Of a stretch of DNA of 64,000 nucleotides, positions 5,360 through 16,502 are shown one piece after another. Under the pieces are notes generated by a model. The model searched no databases and had not been told where the DNA came from. It was given only the letters and a program-made list of their open reading frames with translations. The DNA lies in the IMG/VR virus record IMGVR_UViG_3300008108_000135, one strand, 5' to 3'. A program made the translations under genes and the position numbers. Every line of letters begins with the position of its first letter. The first letter of the stretch is position 1. Origin of the DNA: an uncultured virus (IMG/VR IMGVR_UViG_3300008108_000135). Lineage: Duplodnaviria; Heunggongvirae; Uroviricota; Caudoviricetes.

Positions 5360-8059
5360 TTAGTATTTGTTTTTTCTTGAAAATGGGTTATTTGAGTCGT
5401 CACGTTTTCTTTTTTGAGGGAAGAACTCCCTATTTTGAGCCGCCAAAGTACCCTTTTTAATTTCAATAAGTTTATTCCTGTCGTTTGGCACATGTTCTCT
5501 AACAGGTTTCACATTTTTTGATGGATGGTATATATCAGTTCTATTTAAAACTTGATTGATTAAATCATAATTTATTTTGGAATCAGAATTTTTTGGTTTA
5601 ACATTTAATTTAATAACGTCAGTTAATAGAGTATCTATTTTTTGTTTATTAATTATGAATTTTTCATACTCTTCATCAATAATCTTTTTATTAAAAATTT
5701 CATAAAAAGATTCGGTTACTAAATTTTCTATCGGTCCAAAAGTTTTTCTTTTTTTACTTAAATTATAATATTTACCTCTCATTTGAGAAGATAAATTAGT
5801 ATCGGGATGTTGAGTTAAACTATTTTTATGGACCCTTCTATAAAACCCTAAAGATTTGGTATGGATTAATTTGACATTATTTTTATATAATCTATTCATT
5901 AGGTCAGAATCCGCCGCACATCTCCACCCCTCAAAACCATTCATGTCTAAAAATAATTTTTTCTCAATTCCAAAAACACCTTCACCATATGTGTTTGCAT
6001 TTGATTTTTCCAAATTAATGTTTTTAACTTCTTCGTTGAAATCTATATACATAGGCTTTATTAGCTTATGTGTTGATTTATAACGAATGATGTCTTGGAC
6101 AAGTTCTTCTTTCATAATGTCATCAGAATCAAAAAACATTAAATAATCAGAATTTGAAATCAGTGATAAACTATTTTTAACAATATAAGGTCCGACATTT
6201 TGATTAAAGTAATAGAATCTAATTCTTGGGTCAAATTTACTGTCTTGAATATAAGATAGTGTTTTTTTGCACCCATCAATTCCAACTAATATCTCAACAT
6301 TTAAATCTTTAATTGATGTTAATACAGAATCTAAACATTCGGTTAAATAATTTAAAACATTATACGTTGGGATGATGATTGATATGTCCTTTTTATTGTT
6401 TTTTATATCAAATTCATTAACCATTTTATTTAACGTTAATAAATCTTTTAATACCAAAATATTCTCATTTTTATCGTTATTACCAATAACTAACCCTTTA
6501 TTACCAGGTATCCAATTAATTAAATTTTCTAATATTTGATGTGAGAAACTTTTTTTATTATTATCCACCGAAAATAAAATTTTACTATTAAGTTTTTCTT
6601 TAAAATTATTTTCTAAGTAAGTAAGATGGTGCATATACATTTGAGAAATATAATATTTTTTTTCGGGCATTTTTCTTGCAGGGTCAGAAAGAACTGAACT
6701 ACTTATATGTCTACCATATTTTCTTTCATCAATTTTATAAATTGATGGTACGTAAAGTTTGTCCTCAACAAAGTAATATTTATCACTTTTATAATATGAC
6801 ACGATTGGTGAATATAATGTGTCAATACCATTCTCATTCATGAATTTTATTTCATCAGTAACATATCTATCATTATAACATTCATCATTATCTAAAGTTA
6901 GAATATAATCACAATTCGCGTTTTTACATTTAGATAAACCAACATTTCGTTTGTCTATCATTCCGATAATCTTATCTACCACATCTTCATCATATAACAC
7001 CAATTCATCTATATAACCACAATCAACCAATTCTTGTAATAAAATATTATTTTCAATTGAGCCGATTTCACCCGAAAAACTTTTTTTCTGATGAACCACA
7101 CATATGTAATCAACAACATTAATAATTGATTCAATTGATTTTTTTAATACGTCAACATTATAAAAGGAATTATATGAAACCCCAACTTTTAAATTATTAA
7201 ATTGTTTAGTTTTAAACCTATGAGATATTGTTCTACTAAAATCTAACCATTTATTGTTAGTCAACAATTCAGTTAACTTTTTTTCTAAAGTTTCATAATT
7301 TTCAAATTCGTGGATTAAATCACCATAATAATTCTTTTTACTTAGTTCCGATACAACACATTTACTATTATTTAATAAATAAAATAACCTTACTTGTTCT
7401 TGTATTGACGATTCATAAAAATGTAAATTTAAAATAATTTTAGTTTCTGAAATTATATTATCTAACTTATCCGAAAAATCTTTAGGTAAAAATTTAATTC
7501 CCGAATTATTTAACTCAACGTTATCTACATCAAAATTGTCACCAATAACAACTAAATTAAATTTAGAATTTATTTTTTTTAAAATTTCAAATCGTTTTTT
7601 ATTTATTGCACCATAAAATAAAATGTCGTATTTAGGGTTTTGATTAACCTTTATGTTTTCTAAAGATTTAGAATATTTAAGTGGTACAAATTTTACTTTA
7701 TTGTAACCAAGAGTTTCTAAAAACCACTTATTAGATAAATCATATTCCCATATTTCATCACATTCATCCAACCATTTTTTAATGTGAGAGGTTCTATGTT
7801 TCACATGTTTTGAATTACTATTAGGGTTAAACCAATTTGGGTTATAATTAAAAAGTTGCTCTAATTGGTAAACTATTATTTTTTTATTAGGGTATTTTTC
7901 TCTATAGAAATTAATCTCTTTACCTAAATTATATCCTAATATAACCAGACAATTATGGTATTTAGAATTATCAGAATATAATTCTTCAACCATTGTCTTT
8001 ACATGTAAAAATGTACCAACATCACTATCTCTGTTGATTACACATTTAAGTTTCTCCAT
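5360..8059 (-). CDS. multidomain glycosyltransferase (C-terminal GT2 domain plus further GT-like domains)
   Basis: ISIIIPTYN...FFDSDD GT2 motifs; second LDNDE DxD-like region; N-terminal DILFYG..RLFYLL GT-B-like region. Confidence 0.8.
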   Translation of the reverse strand: MEKLKCVINRDSDVGTFLHVKTMVEELYSDNSKYHNCLVILGYNLGKEINFYREKYPNKKIIVYQLEQLFNYNPNWFNPNSNSKHVKHRTSHIKKWLDECDEIWEYDLSNKWFLETLGYNKVKFVPLKYSKSLENIKVNQNPKYDILFYGAINKKRFEILKKINSKFNLVVIGDNFDVDNVELNNSGIKFLPKDFSDKLDNIISETKIILNLHFYESSIQEQVRLFYLLNNSKCVVSELSKKNYYGDLIHEFENYETLEKKLTELLTNNKWLDFSRTISHRFKTKQFNNLKVGVSYNSFYNVDVLKKSIESIINVVDYICVVHQKKSFSGEIGSIENNILLQELVDCGYIDELVLYDEDVVDKIIGMIDKRNVGLSKCKNANCDYILTLDNDECYNDRYVTDEIKFMNENGIDTLYSPIVSYYKSDKYYFVEDKLYVPSIYKIDERKYGRHISSSVLSDPARKMPEKKYYISQMYMHHLTYLENNFKEKLNSKILFSVDNNKKSFSHQILENLINWIPGNKGLVIGNNDKNENILVLKDLLTLNKMVNEFDIKNNKKDISIIIPTYNVLNYLTECLDSVLTSIKDLNVEILVGIDGCKKTLSYIQDSKFDPRIRFYYFNQNVGPYIVKNSLSLISNSDYLMFFDSDDIMKEELVQDIIRYKSTHKLIKPMYIDFNEEVKNINLEKSNANTYGEGVFGIEKKLFLDMNGFEGWRCAADSDLMNRLYKNNVKLIHTKSLGFYRRVHKNSLTQHPDTNLSSQMRGKYYNLSKKRKTFGPIENLVTESFYEIFNKKIIDEEYEKFIINKQKIDTLLTDVIKLNVKPKNSDSKINYDLINQVLNRTDIYHPSKNVKPVREHVPNDRNKLIEIKKGTLAAQNREFFPQKRKRDDSNNPFSRKNKY

Positions 8060-8060
8060 A

Positions 8061-8591
8061 TTAAAATTTATAACAAAGTATTATTCGTTCAGATATTATT
8101 TCTGAATGATACGGAGTGTGACCCATAGTCCATTCTTTAATTATTTCATCATCAATCATGTGATGTTCAATATCGTCAGGGCAATCCCATTTATAGGGTA
8201 ATGAAATGATACAATATTTTGATATTCTTTTTATTTCATCAAAAACTAATTTTTGACTAGGACTTAAATGTTCTAAAACTTGTAAAGCAACAAATACATC
8301 GTATTCTTTATCAGGTATATCCCAAGGAGTTTTTGTTGCGTCAAAAATATAATTTTTATTTTTTATATTATCAGGGTCAACTGTGTCAATTTCTAACGCT
8401 ATAGTATCACTAAAACCCATTAAAGACATTCTATTAGTACCCATCTCTATTGCGGTCTTAGGATTTATTTTTTTTAACTCATTAACAACAATCTCACTAT
8501 ATTTCCATCTAAAATGTTTAGATTTATCCCAATATCTATCATTTAATCTTTTTACTTTGTTGTAATATTCAACTTTATCAACTATATTCAT
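8061..8591 (-). CDS. putative class I SAM-dependent methyltransferase
   Basis: IEMGT, DATKTPW, YDVFVALQVLEHL motifs. Confidence 0.6.
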   Translation of the reverse strand: MNIVDKVEYYNKVKRLNDRYWDKSKHFRWKYSEIVVNELKKINPKTAIEMGTNRMSLMGFSDTIALEIDTVDPDNIKNKNYIFDATKTPWDIPDKEYDVFVALQVLEHLSPSQKLVFDEIKRISKYCIISLPYKWDCPDDIEHHMIDDEIIKEWTMGHTPYHSEIISERIILCYKF

Positions 8592-8689
8592 ATTAAATAA
8601 ATATAACCAAAAAAAAATAATAGTGTATTTTACGTATAATCGTTTTTTACTCTTGAATGTTATTTAATTTTCTTATAATGTTATGAGCA

Positions 8690-9181
8690 ATGGATAAAGT
8701 ATTAGTATTAAATTCTGATTACACCCCAATAAATGTTACGACATTAATTAGGGGGTTTACATTAGTGGATAAAGGTAAAGCGGAAGTTTTAAAGTCAGGT
8801 GATAACCCTATAACATCAGGACATAAAAAATACGTTAGACCCCTTATCATACGTTTATTGAATTACGTTAGATTTAGAGTTAAACCTTTAAAAATTAATA
8901 GACAACGTATTTTTAAACGGGATGGTTTTAAATGTTCGTACTGTGGGATATCTAAAAATCTTACTATTGACCATATTTTACCTAAATCAAGGGGTGGTGG
9001 AAATACTTGGTTAAATCTAACAACTTGTTGTAAAAACTGTAATAGAATAAAAGATAATAAAACACCCGAAGAGGCTGGTATGAAATTGATTAATCGTCCT
9101 TTTGAACCTTCATTATTTTCAGAAGTTATTAATCCATCTATTTCAGAGATTTGGAATGAGTTTAAAAAATCTTATAGTTAA
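8690..9181 (+). CDS. HNH endonuclease
   Basis: RDGFKCSYCG..LTIDHILPKSRGG..W.NL..CC..CN..K. Confidence 0.92.
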   Translation: MDKVLVLNSDYTPINVTTLIRGFTLVDKGKAEVLKSGDNPITSGHKKYVRPLIIRLLNYVRFRVKPLKINRQRIFKRDGFKCSYCGISKNLTIDHILPKSRGGGNTWLNLTTCCKNCNRIKDNKTPEEAGMKLINRPFEPSLFSEVINPSISEIWNEFKKSYS

Positions 9182-9183
9182 AA

Positions 9184-9211
9184 CAAAAAGGTGTCAAACG
9201 ACACCTTTTTG
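9184..9211. terminator. bidirectional intrinsic terminator
   Basis: CAAAAAGGTGTC-AAAC-GACACCTTTTTG between convergent genes. Confidence 0.75.
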
Positions 9212-9270
9212 CTAGATTTGCTCTCCTTTCTTTTAAAATGTTAAGCCTTTTAGACAAATCTAAAAGATTT

Positions 9271-10794
9271 TTATGCCATCACTTTTTGTTTGATAGTTGA
9301 TGCTGCAGAACCTAATTTCTGACCAATACCACCCAATAAAGGACAAATAAATTCACTAACTTTTTGTTCAACTTTTTGACCAAATGAACTGTCTTCAGCC
9401 ATCTCAATTAATGCGTTACGTAAAATATCATAACCCGCACCCTCAAATCCTCTTTCAGCTTGTATTTTCTTAGTGGTACCCTCAACAATTGATTTTGATA
9501 TGATATTACTAACAAAACTACAATTAGTTAATTTTGGTAATTCACTTATCGGAACGTTACCTATTGCCGTTATAATTATTGACCCTAACCAACTATCAGA
9601 TTCTATTGGTGTAAATTTCTCAACAATCCAAGTTGCAAATTGCTCTTTGAAGTAACTGAAGATGCTTTCAGATGCGTTACCGAATAAACCTTTAACCATG
9701 TCAAATAACCCTTCTTGGATTAATTCAGGTCTATACCCTAATGAATTTAACTCGGCAGTTTCTTTAATTAGTTCATTAACAAATTCTCTAATTTCTTTTT
9801 CAGTTTTAATACTTTTACCTTCAGTTAATACTTCGTATCTATTTTTAATTACCGTAGTTTCACTAATAAGAATATTTTTTTTCTCAATTGATTTTTTAAT
9901 TAAATTTTCTTTAATTACACTTTTAATGCTTGTTGATTCTTTCATATTCATTTTATTAGTTAAAAATTCATTAATACCATACTTACTTGTATCACCTATT
10001 ATATTTTTCATTTCATCACCAACACCTAACGTACCCTCAATAAATTTTTCACCTTGTTCATAACAAGCAAAAACTCCACGTTTTAATGACATTAATTCGG
10101 CATCATCAACTTGTGCGTTAGTTTTTCTTAGATAATCTAAAGTTTTAATCATACTTCTACAATCTTTTTTAGATGTCTCACCACTCTTTACTCTTTTAAG
10201 AAGTTTTTTAGCTGATTTACTATCAATCTTACCTGTAATTTCGGAATCATCTGTCGGTCTACGTGTGATTCTATCCTTTAATGAATAGTTTTCAGGTGTT
10301 TCATCTTCCATTGGATATGCGTAAATAGGACCACCTGTCCCACCTAAATCTTTATAATAATCTTTATACTTACCACCCATCAGTAGTCTAATGTCCATTC
10401 TTTTGTCATATCTACCGTCAGTAATCTCAGGAGCAACTAAAGTATATCCAGCTTTATTTAAAACGTCCTCTACAACTTTATTGTCTGCAGTTATTTTAAG
10501 TTTTTCTTCGTCAGATTTAAGTTTTTCTTCGTCAGATTTTTTTTGTTCTACCGACTTAAACCCTTCGCAAGATATTTTACCCGTCTTCAATGTTTCTTTA
10601 GTAGATGGATTAATTGCCTCAATAGTTAAATCTTCATAAACAAAAATCCAATTCCCTTTTTCAGTTTTCTTGTATAAAGCAACTTTATTATTAATAGGGT
10701 TAGTTACAAACTTAAAATCATCGGTTACACATTTTTTCGCTTTGATTTCTTTTAAATTTGTTAATCCTGTATTTTGGTCTTCTTTTAATAACAT
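9271..10794 (-). CDS. hypothetical protein, probable virion protein
   Basis: 507-aa ORF with multiple (I/L)xE sites. Confidence 0.7.
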   Translation of the reverse strand: MLLKEDQNTGLTNLKEIKAKKCVTDDFKFVTNPINNKVALYKKTEKGNWIFVYEDLTIEAINPSTKETLKTGKISCEGFKSVEQKKSDEEKLKSDEEKLKITADNKVVEDVLNKAGYTLVAPEITDGRYDKRMDIRLLMGGKYKDYYKDLGGTGGPIYAYPMEDETPENYSLKDRITRRPTDDSEITGKIDSKSAKKLLKRVKSGETSKKDCRSMIKTLDYLRKTNAQVDDAELMSLKRGVFACYEQGEKFIEGTLGVGDEMKNIIGDTSKYGINEFLTNKMNMKESTSIKSVIKENLIKKSIEKKNILISETTVIKNRYEVLTEGKSIKTEKEIREFVNELIKETAELNSLGYRPELIQEGLFDMVKGLFGNASESIFSYFKEQFATWIVEKFTPIESDSWLGSIIITAIGNVPISELPKLTNCSFVSNIISKSIVEGTTKKIQAERGFEGAGYDILRNALIEMAEDSSFGQKVEQKVSEFICPLLGGIGQKLGSAASTIKQKVMA

Positions 10795-10820
10795 CGTATT
10801 TTATATTAATTTTATTTTAT

Positions 10821-12215
10821 TTAAATCCCTGCTAAAAAATCTTTAACATTAACTGATTCAGGTTCTATTGTTGTTGGTTCTGAAATAGGTTTAACAGTTG
10901 TAGTTGTGGTTGTTACATTTTGTGCAATACCACAAATTCCATCAACATCAGAATCACTAAAAATCAATTTACCAAGTTTAGACTGAACAGCCGCTTCTGT
11001 TTTAGGTCCAAATAAACCGTCCATTTTAACACCTAAACAACCTTGTACTTTTCTAATTACTTCAGATTTACATCCTTTATTATATGTTCCACTACAAGCT
11101 CTGTATGTTGGTTGGGTTGTTCCTCCACCACCATCTGTGTTAGAACCTCCACCTCCACCATCTGTGACTACAGGTGTTACTGAACCTTTAACAGGATAAT
11201 ATTCTTGACCATCAAATTCTAATACTAATTTTTCACCATCACATTCCCAAGTACCTTCAAATTGACCATTTTTTGCGGTTCCATCATTTCTAAAATAAGT
11301 ATATCCGTTCATGTCTAACGATTGTAAACCTGTTTTACCTTTAACAGATAAAATACCTGGTTTAATCTGAACCGCCTTTGAAAAATTGTTGTATCCAACA
11401 AAATCAATTAAACATTGACTCCATATCTTAGGTTTTGCGGAAAACCAGTTTCTCCAAAGATATATCGCCAACCATCCTGCTGCACCATACATAATTACCT
11501 TTTTCCAACCAAGTCTTTTAGCGTATTCAAGTACTTTCAACCCTTTCATTCGGGCCAATTTTTTAAAACCTTCCCATTTACCTTTTTGAGTATTTAAACT
11601 AAATAAATCTTTTTCAGATTTTATATTTTTACCTGCTTGAACGTCTTTACCTGATGTTTTAAGGATATCTTCACCTGTTTTTATTTTACCTCCAATGTTT
11701 TCAGTTTGTTTAACAATTGAAGTTATCGCCTCTTCGCTATATCCAGCGGCCTTTAACGCTTTTTCGTACTCAACTTGACCTTTAGCTAATGATGATGAAT
11801 ATTTGTTTATAAAACTTTTGTTTCTTGCTAAGTTACTAGCTGCAGCATCAATTAATGATTTATTAGTTGTTCTTGATTTTAATATAGCTAACTCAAGTTC
11901 ACCTTTTAGAAAACTATTTAGTTTACCTAATTTAATCGCACTTGCAAGTTCTTCAGCGGTTCTAACTCCCGTCCTCATTCCTTTAGCATCAGTTAAAGTC
12001 ACATTTTTAAGTTCATTAGCAACTTTACTATCTTTCATCATAGTTTTAAGTACACCCTCAAGTTCACGAGCCGCAACTCCACCACCTCTAACAATATCTT
12101 TTATAACACCTTGTTCTGAAATTACGGATTCAACACTTTCTAAATTTTCAGTTAATGTTGTACTCATATCGTATTTCATTAACAATAATTGTCTTTTTAA
12201 TAAATCTTCACTCAT
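10821..12215 (-). CDS. probable virion protein with TM segment and C-terminal peptidoglycan-binding-like domain
   Basis: VRKVQ-like..LGVKMDGLFGPKTEAAV motif; Gly/Thr linkers. Confidence 0.65.
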   Translation of the reverse strand: MSEDLLKRQLLLMKYDMSTTLTENLESVESVISEQGVIKDIVRGGGVAARELEGVLKTMMKDSKVANELKNVTLTDAKGMRTGVRTAEELASAIKLGKLNSFLKGELELAILKSRTTNKSLIDAAASNLARNKSFINKYSSSLAKGQVEYEKALKAAGYSEEAITSIVKQTENIGGKIKTGEDILKTSGKDVQAGKNIKSEKDLFSLNTQKGKWEGFKKLARMKGLKVLEYAKRLGWKKVIMYGAAGWLAIYLWRNWFSAKPKIWSQCLIDFVGYNNFSKAVQIKPGILSVKGKTGLQSLDMNGYTYFRNDGTAKNGQFEGTWECDGEKLVLEFDGQEYYPVKGSVTPVVTDGGGGGSNTDGGGGTTQPTYRACSGTYNKGCKSEVIRKVQGCLGVKMDGLFGPKTEAAVQSKLGKLIFSDSDVDGICGIAQNVTTTTTTVKPISEPTTIEPESVNVKDFLAGI

Positions 12216-12220
12216 AATAT

Positions 12221-13426
12221 TTATATTTTATTTATATTATATACCGACTTCACATCTGAGTCTGTTAGTGCGGATGCCAATTCCATCTCACCTTTTTCTT
12301 GTTTATACCCACTATAAGTTCCAATACCACCAACTAAAGCGGTTGTTCCAATCGCAGCTCTTGACCCTCTTGCCAATTTACCAGTTCCAGGTGCAATTGT
12401 ATGTAACGCCTTAGAAATAAAATTAGATATCCCTTTTAAAAATTTACCAATTTTACTTAAGATACCACCAATAAATTTAGCACCCATAGGGAATTTAGTT
12501 TTTAACCAATTAACGGCTCTTTCTAAAAGACCAGGGACTTTTTCAACGGCACCACCAATTTTAGTTAACAAGTTTTTTACGGTTGAGTTTTTAGCCGCAA
12601 CCACTCCCAACTCTTCAGCGGTTTTAACCCCTCTAACAGCACCTTCAAGGGCCACTCTTCCTGATTTAGCTACTGCCCCCGCAAAAACTAAACCTAAGAT
12701 ATCAACTCCTAAGAATAATAATCTTTGCCAAGTAGGTAAGTTTTCCTCATAATTACCTGTAACCATTTCATACACATCTAAAGCAACTATTATTGCCCAA
12801 GGAATCCACTGAACCGCTTTACCAATTCCTGTCGCAACTAAAATAGCGTCAAGAATCAACCCGACAGGATGATACAATGCACTTCTTAGTTTTCTCGCCA
12901 ACCATAAAACTCCTTTCCCTAATAATGAAAAAACTTCTTTCCATTCACCCTTAGATATTTTATCAACAATATCACCAATACCTTTAACACTTTTTTTAGC
13001 GAATTCTTTAAATCCGTCAATAGTGGATTTACCTGTTTCGTAAGCCCAATTTTTAAAACTACTCCATAATCCTTCATTTAACAGGACCTTGAAATCTGAT
13101 TTTAAATGTGAAATGTTTTTTGTACTTTCGGTTATAAGTTTACTACTTAGGATTAATTCTGCCTCTTCCTTTATTTGTTTGGGTAAAGTTGACACAGCAA
13201 ATGAGTGTGATAAGAAAGTTTTTAAATTATTAAAGTCTTCCCATATATTCCCAAGTTTGGTTTTGTTTTCAATGTCATATAACTCATCCAAAAATATGAT
13301 GTATTTTTCATCGGGAGATAACCAATCGGTAATAACAATTTCCTCACTAATGTTATTAGTTGCGGTTATATTGTATAAACCTAATATATTGTCTTTTTCC
13401 GATTCTGTAATCAACAGTTTCTTCAT
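12221..13426 (-). CDS. probable virion/ejected membrane-associated protein with LITE leader
   Basis: MKKLLITESEK start, hydrophobic Gly/Ala-rich helices, TATTTAT upstream. Confidence 0.65.
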   Translation of the reverse strand: MKKLLITESEKDNILGLYNITATNNISEEIVITDWLSPDEKYIIFLDELYDIENKTKLGNIWEDFNNLKTFLSHSFAVSTLPKQIKEEAELILSSKLITESTKNISHLKSDFKVLLNEGLWSSFKNWAYETGKSTIDGFKEFAKKSVKGIGDIVDKISKGEWKEVFSLLGKGVLWLARKLRSALYHPVGLILDAILVATGIGKAVQWIPWAIIVALDVYEMVTGNYEENLPTWQRLLFLGVDILGLVFAGAVAKSGRVALEGAVRGVKTAEELGVVAAKNSTVKNLLTKIGGAVEKVPGLLERAVNWLKTKFPMGAKFIGGILSKIGKFLKGISNFISKALHTIAPGTGKLARGSRAAIGTTALVGGIGTYSGYKQEKGEMELASALTDSDVKSVYNINKI

Positions 13427-13472
13427 ATCTTATTTTATCTTATAAATAGTTTATAATATAAAAAAGTAAATT

Positions 13473-13724
13473 TTACAATAAAGTATTAGCTTTACCTCTG
13501 TTAACTTTTACAATGTCCGCCCATTTAACTATCGCTATTTGATTGGCAGGTCCTCTAGCAACACCTGATTCCCATTTTGTCACTGTCGGATAATCTGGTT
13601 TTGTATCTCCACCAGTATCTCCTCCGCCCGCCGTAGTGGTATCTTGTTCACTTAATTCTGTGTCATATGATTTATTAATAACCATATTCATAACTGAGAT
13701 TATATTGTCAATTTCACTTCTCAT
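13473..13724 (-). CDS. hypothetical protein
   Basis: ORF preceded by ATATTTAT. Confidence 0.7.
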   Translation of the reverse strand: MRSEIDNIISVMNMVINKSYDTELSEQDTTTAGGGDTGGDTKPDYPTVTKWESGVARGPANQIAIVKWADIVKVNRGKANTLL

Positions 13725-13781
13725 AGTTATAAATATTAATGGAAATAAAAAACCCCCTAATTGAGGGGGTGGTTTTAAAAA

Positions 13782-14126
13782 CTATTTTTTAGATAGTATG
13801 AAGAAAAATTGAGACACTGAAATTACTATTAAATTTAACATCAGTAATGGAGATATAATAACAAATATAATAATATTAATGTCTTGATATGAATACCCGT
13901 AATTTCTACCAATGTAGTTGATGATATCACAGCATTTTTCAAATAAAGTCAGATTATTATCTTTTAAAAACAAAGTCGCGAACAAATCAAGATATGAATC
14001 GTATGAATATCCTTTTAAAAGGTACGGACTAACAACGTAAGATTCGTTACCACAAAGTAAAATAACTGAAAAAACGACTAACCAAAAAATAACACTACCC
14101 CAATAAATTGATTTTATGAATTTCAT
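13782..14126 (-). CDS. hypothetical membrane protein
   Basis: Two hydrophobic segments; TATCTTTG promoter at 14148-14155. Confidence 0.65.
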   Translation of the reverse strand: MKFIKSIYWGSVIFWLVVFSVILLCGNESYVVSPYLLKGYSYDSYLDLFATLFLKDNNLTLFEKCCDIINYIGRNYGYSYQDINIIIFVIISPLLMLNLIVISVSQFFFILSKK

Positions 14127-14169
14127 CTCTTTGTCTTTTTATTATTACAAAGATAATGGATTTTTTCAA

Positions 14170-15339
14170 TTACGCAACATTTTGAGGATAATCTATAGTA
14201 ATATTTACTTTTGGTTTATTATTAACATTGGTGTCAGGATGTTCTAAGTAAGCCAAATGTCTAATACAAGCGTACCACCCAGCCTTCGGGTTTTCATTTT
14301 TTATTTTTAATATTTTTTGCGGATATGTTAAGTTTTCAAGTTCCTTTAAATTTGTTTTAGCATCAGGAATAGGACTAAAGTCATAAATGTCGGTTACTTT
14401 TAGTTTACCATTTTCAATTTTATAAGTAAATCTACCTAAAGTTGTTGCTATCATAAATATAGGATTACTATTTAAAGTATTCAAAACCATATCTACAGAT
14501 TTTACACCACCAGGTCCGAACCATTTATCGGCATTTTCTTTACCATAATCAACATATTCGGTAGCGCCTAATTTAGTTTTACCAGTTCTTTTAACCGCAT
14601 TATTAACCGCAGTTTTAATGACCGCCAATTGGTCAGGTTTAAAGTCGGACTCGTCTAAATCCCTTGAATAAAATAACTGAATAACATTTGGAAATTGTTT
14701 TCTTAAAAACTTTTTAACTCCTCTGACCGCAGCATTTCCCGCTGTTTTAACACCAGAGTATGCTGGGGACGTAAAAGTTAAAAACGCATCTAACGCAACA
14801 CCCGCAACAGATGCTAAGTTTTTCACATCATCCCAAAGTGTCCCACTTTTTTTAGTTTCTTGTTTTAGAGCACTCACATAAGATTGTTTGTAAGTTTTCA
14901 TCGCATTTTTTGTTTCAGGACCATATGTCCCTAGATAATTGTTAGGTAACTTACCACCTTTAAACCAATTGGGTTTATTTTTATTCATCCATAATTGGAA
15001 CCCCATAATGAATTTTTGGTTATTCGCTTTTTGATATTTCTTATTTAAAGTTGATGATAATTGTCCGTATAATTTTTTTAATGCTACGGGGTATTTCTCT
15101 AAACTAACCCAATTGTTTGATTTATCTGTTTTTCTTTTAAAGAACCACTTCATATTCTCTAATTTGTAATCGTAAGACTTATCAAAATCTTTATAAACCC
15201 CATCATTCATTCTTTTCATTTTATCAATGACATTAGGGAACAATTTTGATTCCACCGATTTGTTTAAAAGTTGTTCATTTAAAACCTTTCTAATTGAGGT
15301 TTTTAATCCCCTTTCATTAATGTTAATTCTATTTTTCAT
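14170..15339 (-). CDS. hypothetical protein with PG-binding-like segment
   Basis: FQLWMN..GTYGPETKNAM; INE/LNE leader. Confidence 0.65.
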   Translation of the reverse strand: MKNRININERGLKTSIRKVLNEQLLNKSVESKLFPNVIDKMKRMNDGVYKDFDKSYDYKLENMKWFFKRKTDKSNNWVSLEKYPVALKKLYGQLSSTLNKKYQKANNQKFIMGFQLWMNKNKPNWFKGGKLPNNYLGTYGPETKNAMKTYKQSYVSALKQETKKSGTLWDDVKNLASVAGVALDAFLTFTSPAYSGVKTAGNAAVRGVKKFLRKQFPNVIQLFYSRDLDESDFKPDQLAVIKTAVNNAVKRTGKTKLGATEYVDYGKENADKWFGPGGVKSVDMVLNTLNSNPIFMIATTLGRFTYKIENGKLKVTDIYDFSPIPDAKTNLKELENLTYPQKILKIKNENPKAGWYACIRHLAYLEHPDTNVNNKPKVNITIDYPQNVA

Positions 15340-15343
15340 ATTT

Positions 15344-15661
15344 TTAAAAAAATTCGGCCTTAGGCAAGTTACCTGAATTTATTAAGTAATATTCATTTAA
15401 AAACGAAATTACGTCATCTTCTAATTCATCATCTTCAAAAAGTTCGTCAAAATCATCATATTCAAATTCGTCCTCATCTAACAAGTCTTCAAATTCATCA
15501 ATCCTATTAAGTAAAACATCATAACCAAAATTTTTAATTTCACTAAAATTTATTTGGTCAGTTCTAATTTCATCGTCAGTATCTAATAAAGTTCTAAAAG
15601 TTACGTCTAATGTTTGTGATGATTCATTAATGTAAAACGACACTAATTCCTTAATTTCCAT
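15344..15661 (-). CDS. acidic hypothetical protein
   Basis: ORF, start at MEIKEL. Confidence 0.7.
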   Translation of the reverse strand: MEIKELVSFYINESSQTLDVTFRTLLDTDDEIRTDQINFSEIKNFGYDVLLNRIDEFEDLLDEDEFEYDDFDELFEDDELEDDVISFLNEYYLINSGNLPKAEFF

Positions 15662-15662
15662 T

Positions 15663-16196
15663 TCAATATTTCTTAAATCTATTGAACATGTCAATAGTTC
15701 TATTTAATTGTTCTTGTAATGGTTCAACCATATCGTCGTCAAGTTCATCAAAGATACTATCGTCGTGGTGGTCACATTCACAGTCAATCATTCCACAAAT
15801 TGAACATACTTCCTCATTAAAGTCAACAGTTCCGTGTTCTAAATCCATGGGTCCATCACCAATTGTATCTAGTTGCATTTCATCTAACTCTTCAAATGTT
15901 TCTTCAGGTTCAAATCCGTGAGACCCTGAATAAACGTCCTCAGTTGCTTCATCGGAAAACAATCCAGTATCTTTACCATCATATTTCATTTCATTGATAT
16001 TCATATTTCTATACTCACCAACTTCACCTCTATTATTAACGGTAATACCGTTTTTATCATTTGCAAAATCTTGGGTATATAATGGTTGTTCATTTGGTTT
16101 TGAATATTGAGTCACATATCCGTCATAAATTTCTTTATGCTTGTCTAATATGTTATTTCTTTCCTCGTTTGTAATATTGAAAAAATAAGCGTTCAT
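15663..16196 (-). CDS. acidic hypothetical protein
   Basis: Start MNAYFF after ATATTTAT; CxxCxxxxCxC motif. Confidence 0.7.
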   Translation of the reverse strand: MNAYFFNITNEERNNILDKHKEIYDGYVTQYSKPNEQPLYTQDFANDKNGITVNNRGEVGEYRNMNINEMKYDGKDTGLFSDEATEDVYSGSHGFEPEETFEELDEMQLDTIGDGPMDLEHGTVDFNEEVCSICGMIDCECDHHDDSIFDELDDDMVEPLQEQLNRTIDMFNRFKKY

Positions 16197-16253
16197 AATT
16201 TTTTTATTTATAAATATGTTGATTAACAACAATATTAAATTTATCATTAAAAT

Positions 16254-16499
16254 ATGGATAAGGATTTGGAATTTTTCGCTGAAGGTGCTGTTATGTTGGA
16301 TGGTCTTGAAAGTGCGATTATTGGTATTGTTGAGGAGTTTGGTAACGGTCCTCGTATTCTTTATTCTAAAAGTAAAATAATTGATGTTTTAGTTGAAAGG
16401 GACGGAATGGATGAGATTGAGGCCATTGAGTTTTACGATTTTAATATTCTTGGTTTATATGCTGGTGAACAAAATCCTGTTTTTCTCACAATACCATAA
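16254..16499 (+). CDS. hypothetical phage protein
   Basis: DG..AIIG...A.EF..FNI.G.Y.G pattern recalled from large phages. Confidence 0.7.
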   Translation: MDKDLEFFAEGAVMLDGLESAIIGIVEEFGNGPRILYSKSKIIDVLVERDGMDEIEAIEFYDFNILGLYAGEQNPVFLTIP

Positions 16500-16502
16500 C
16501 AA

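Noticed and set aside
8690..9270. RNA-guided HNH (IscB/HEARO-like) system
   Set aside because: Short stand-alone HNH with no RuvC or PLMP region, and flanks too short for a large guide RNA
10487..10545. Tandem repeat encoding KSDEEKL twice
   Set aside because: Simple in-frame 21-nt duplication within a coding linker
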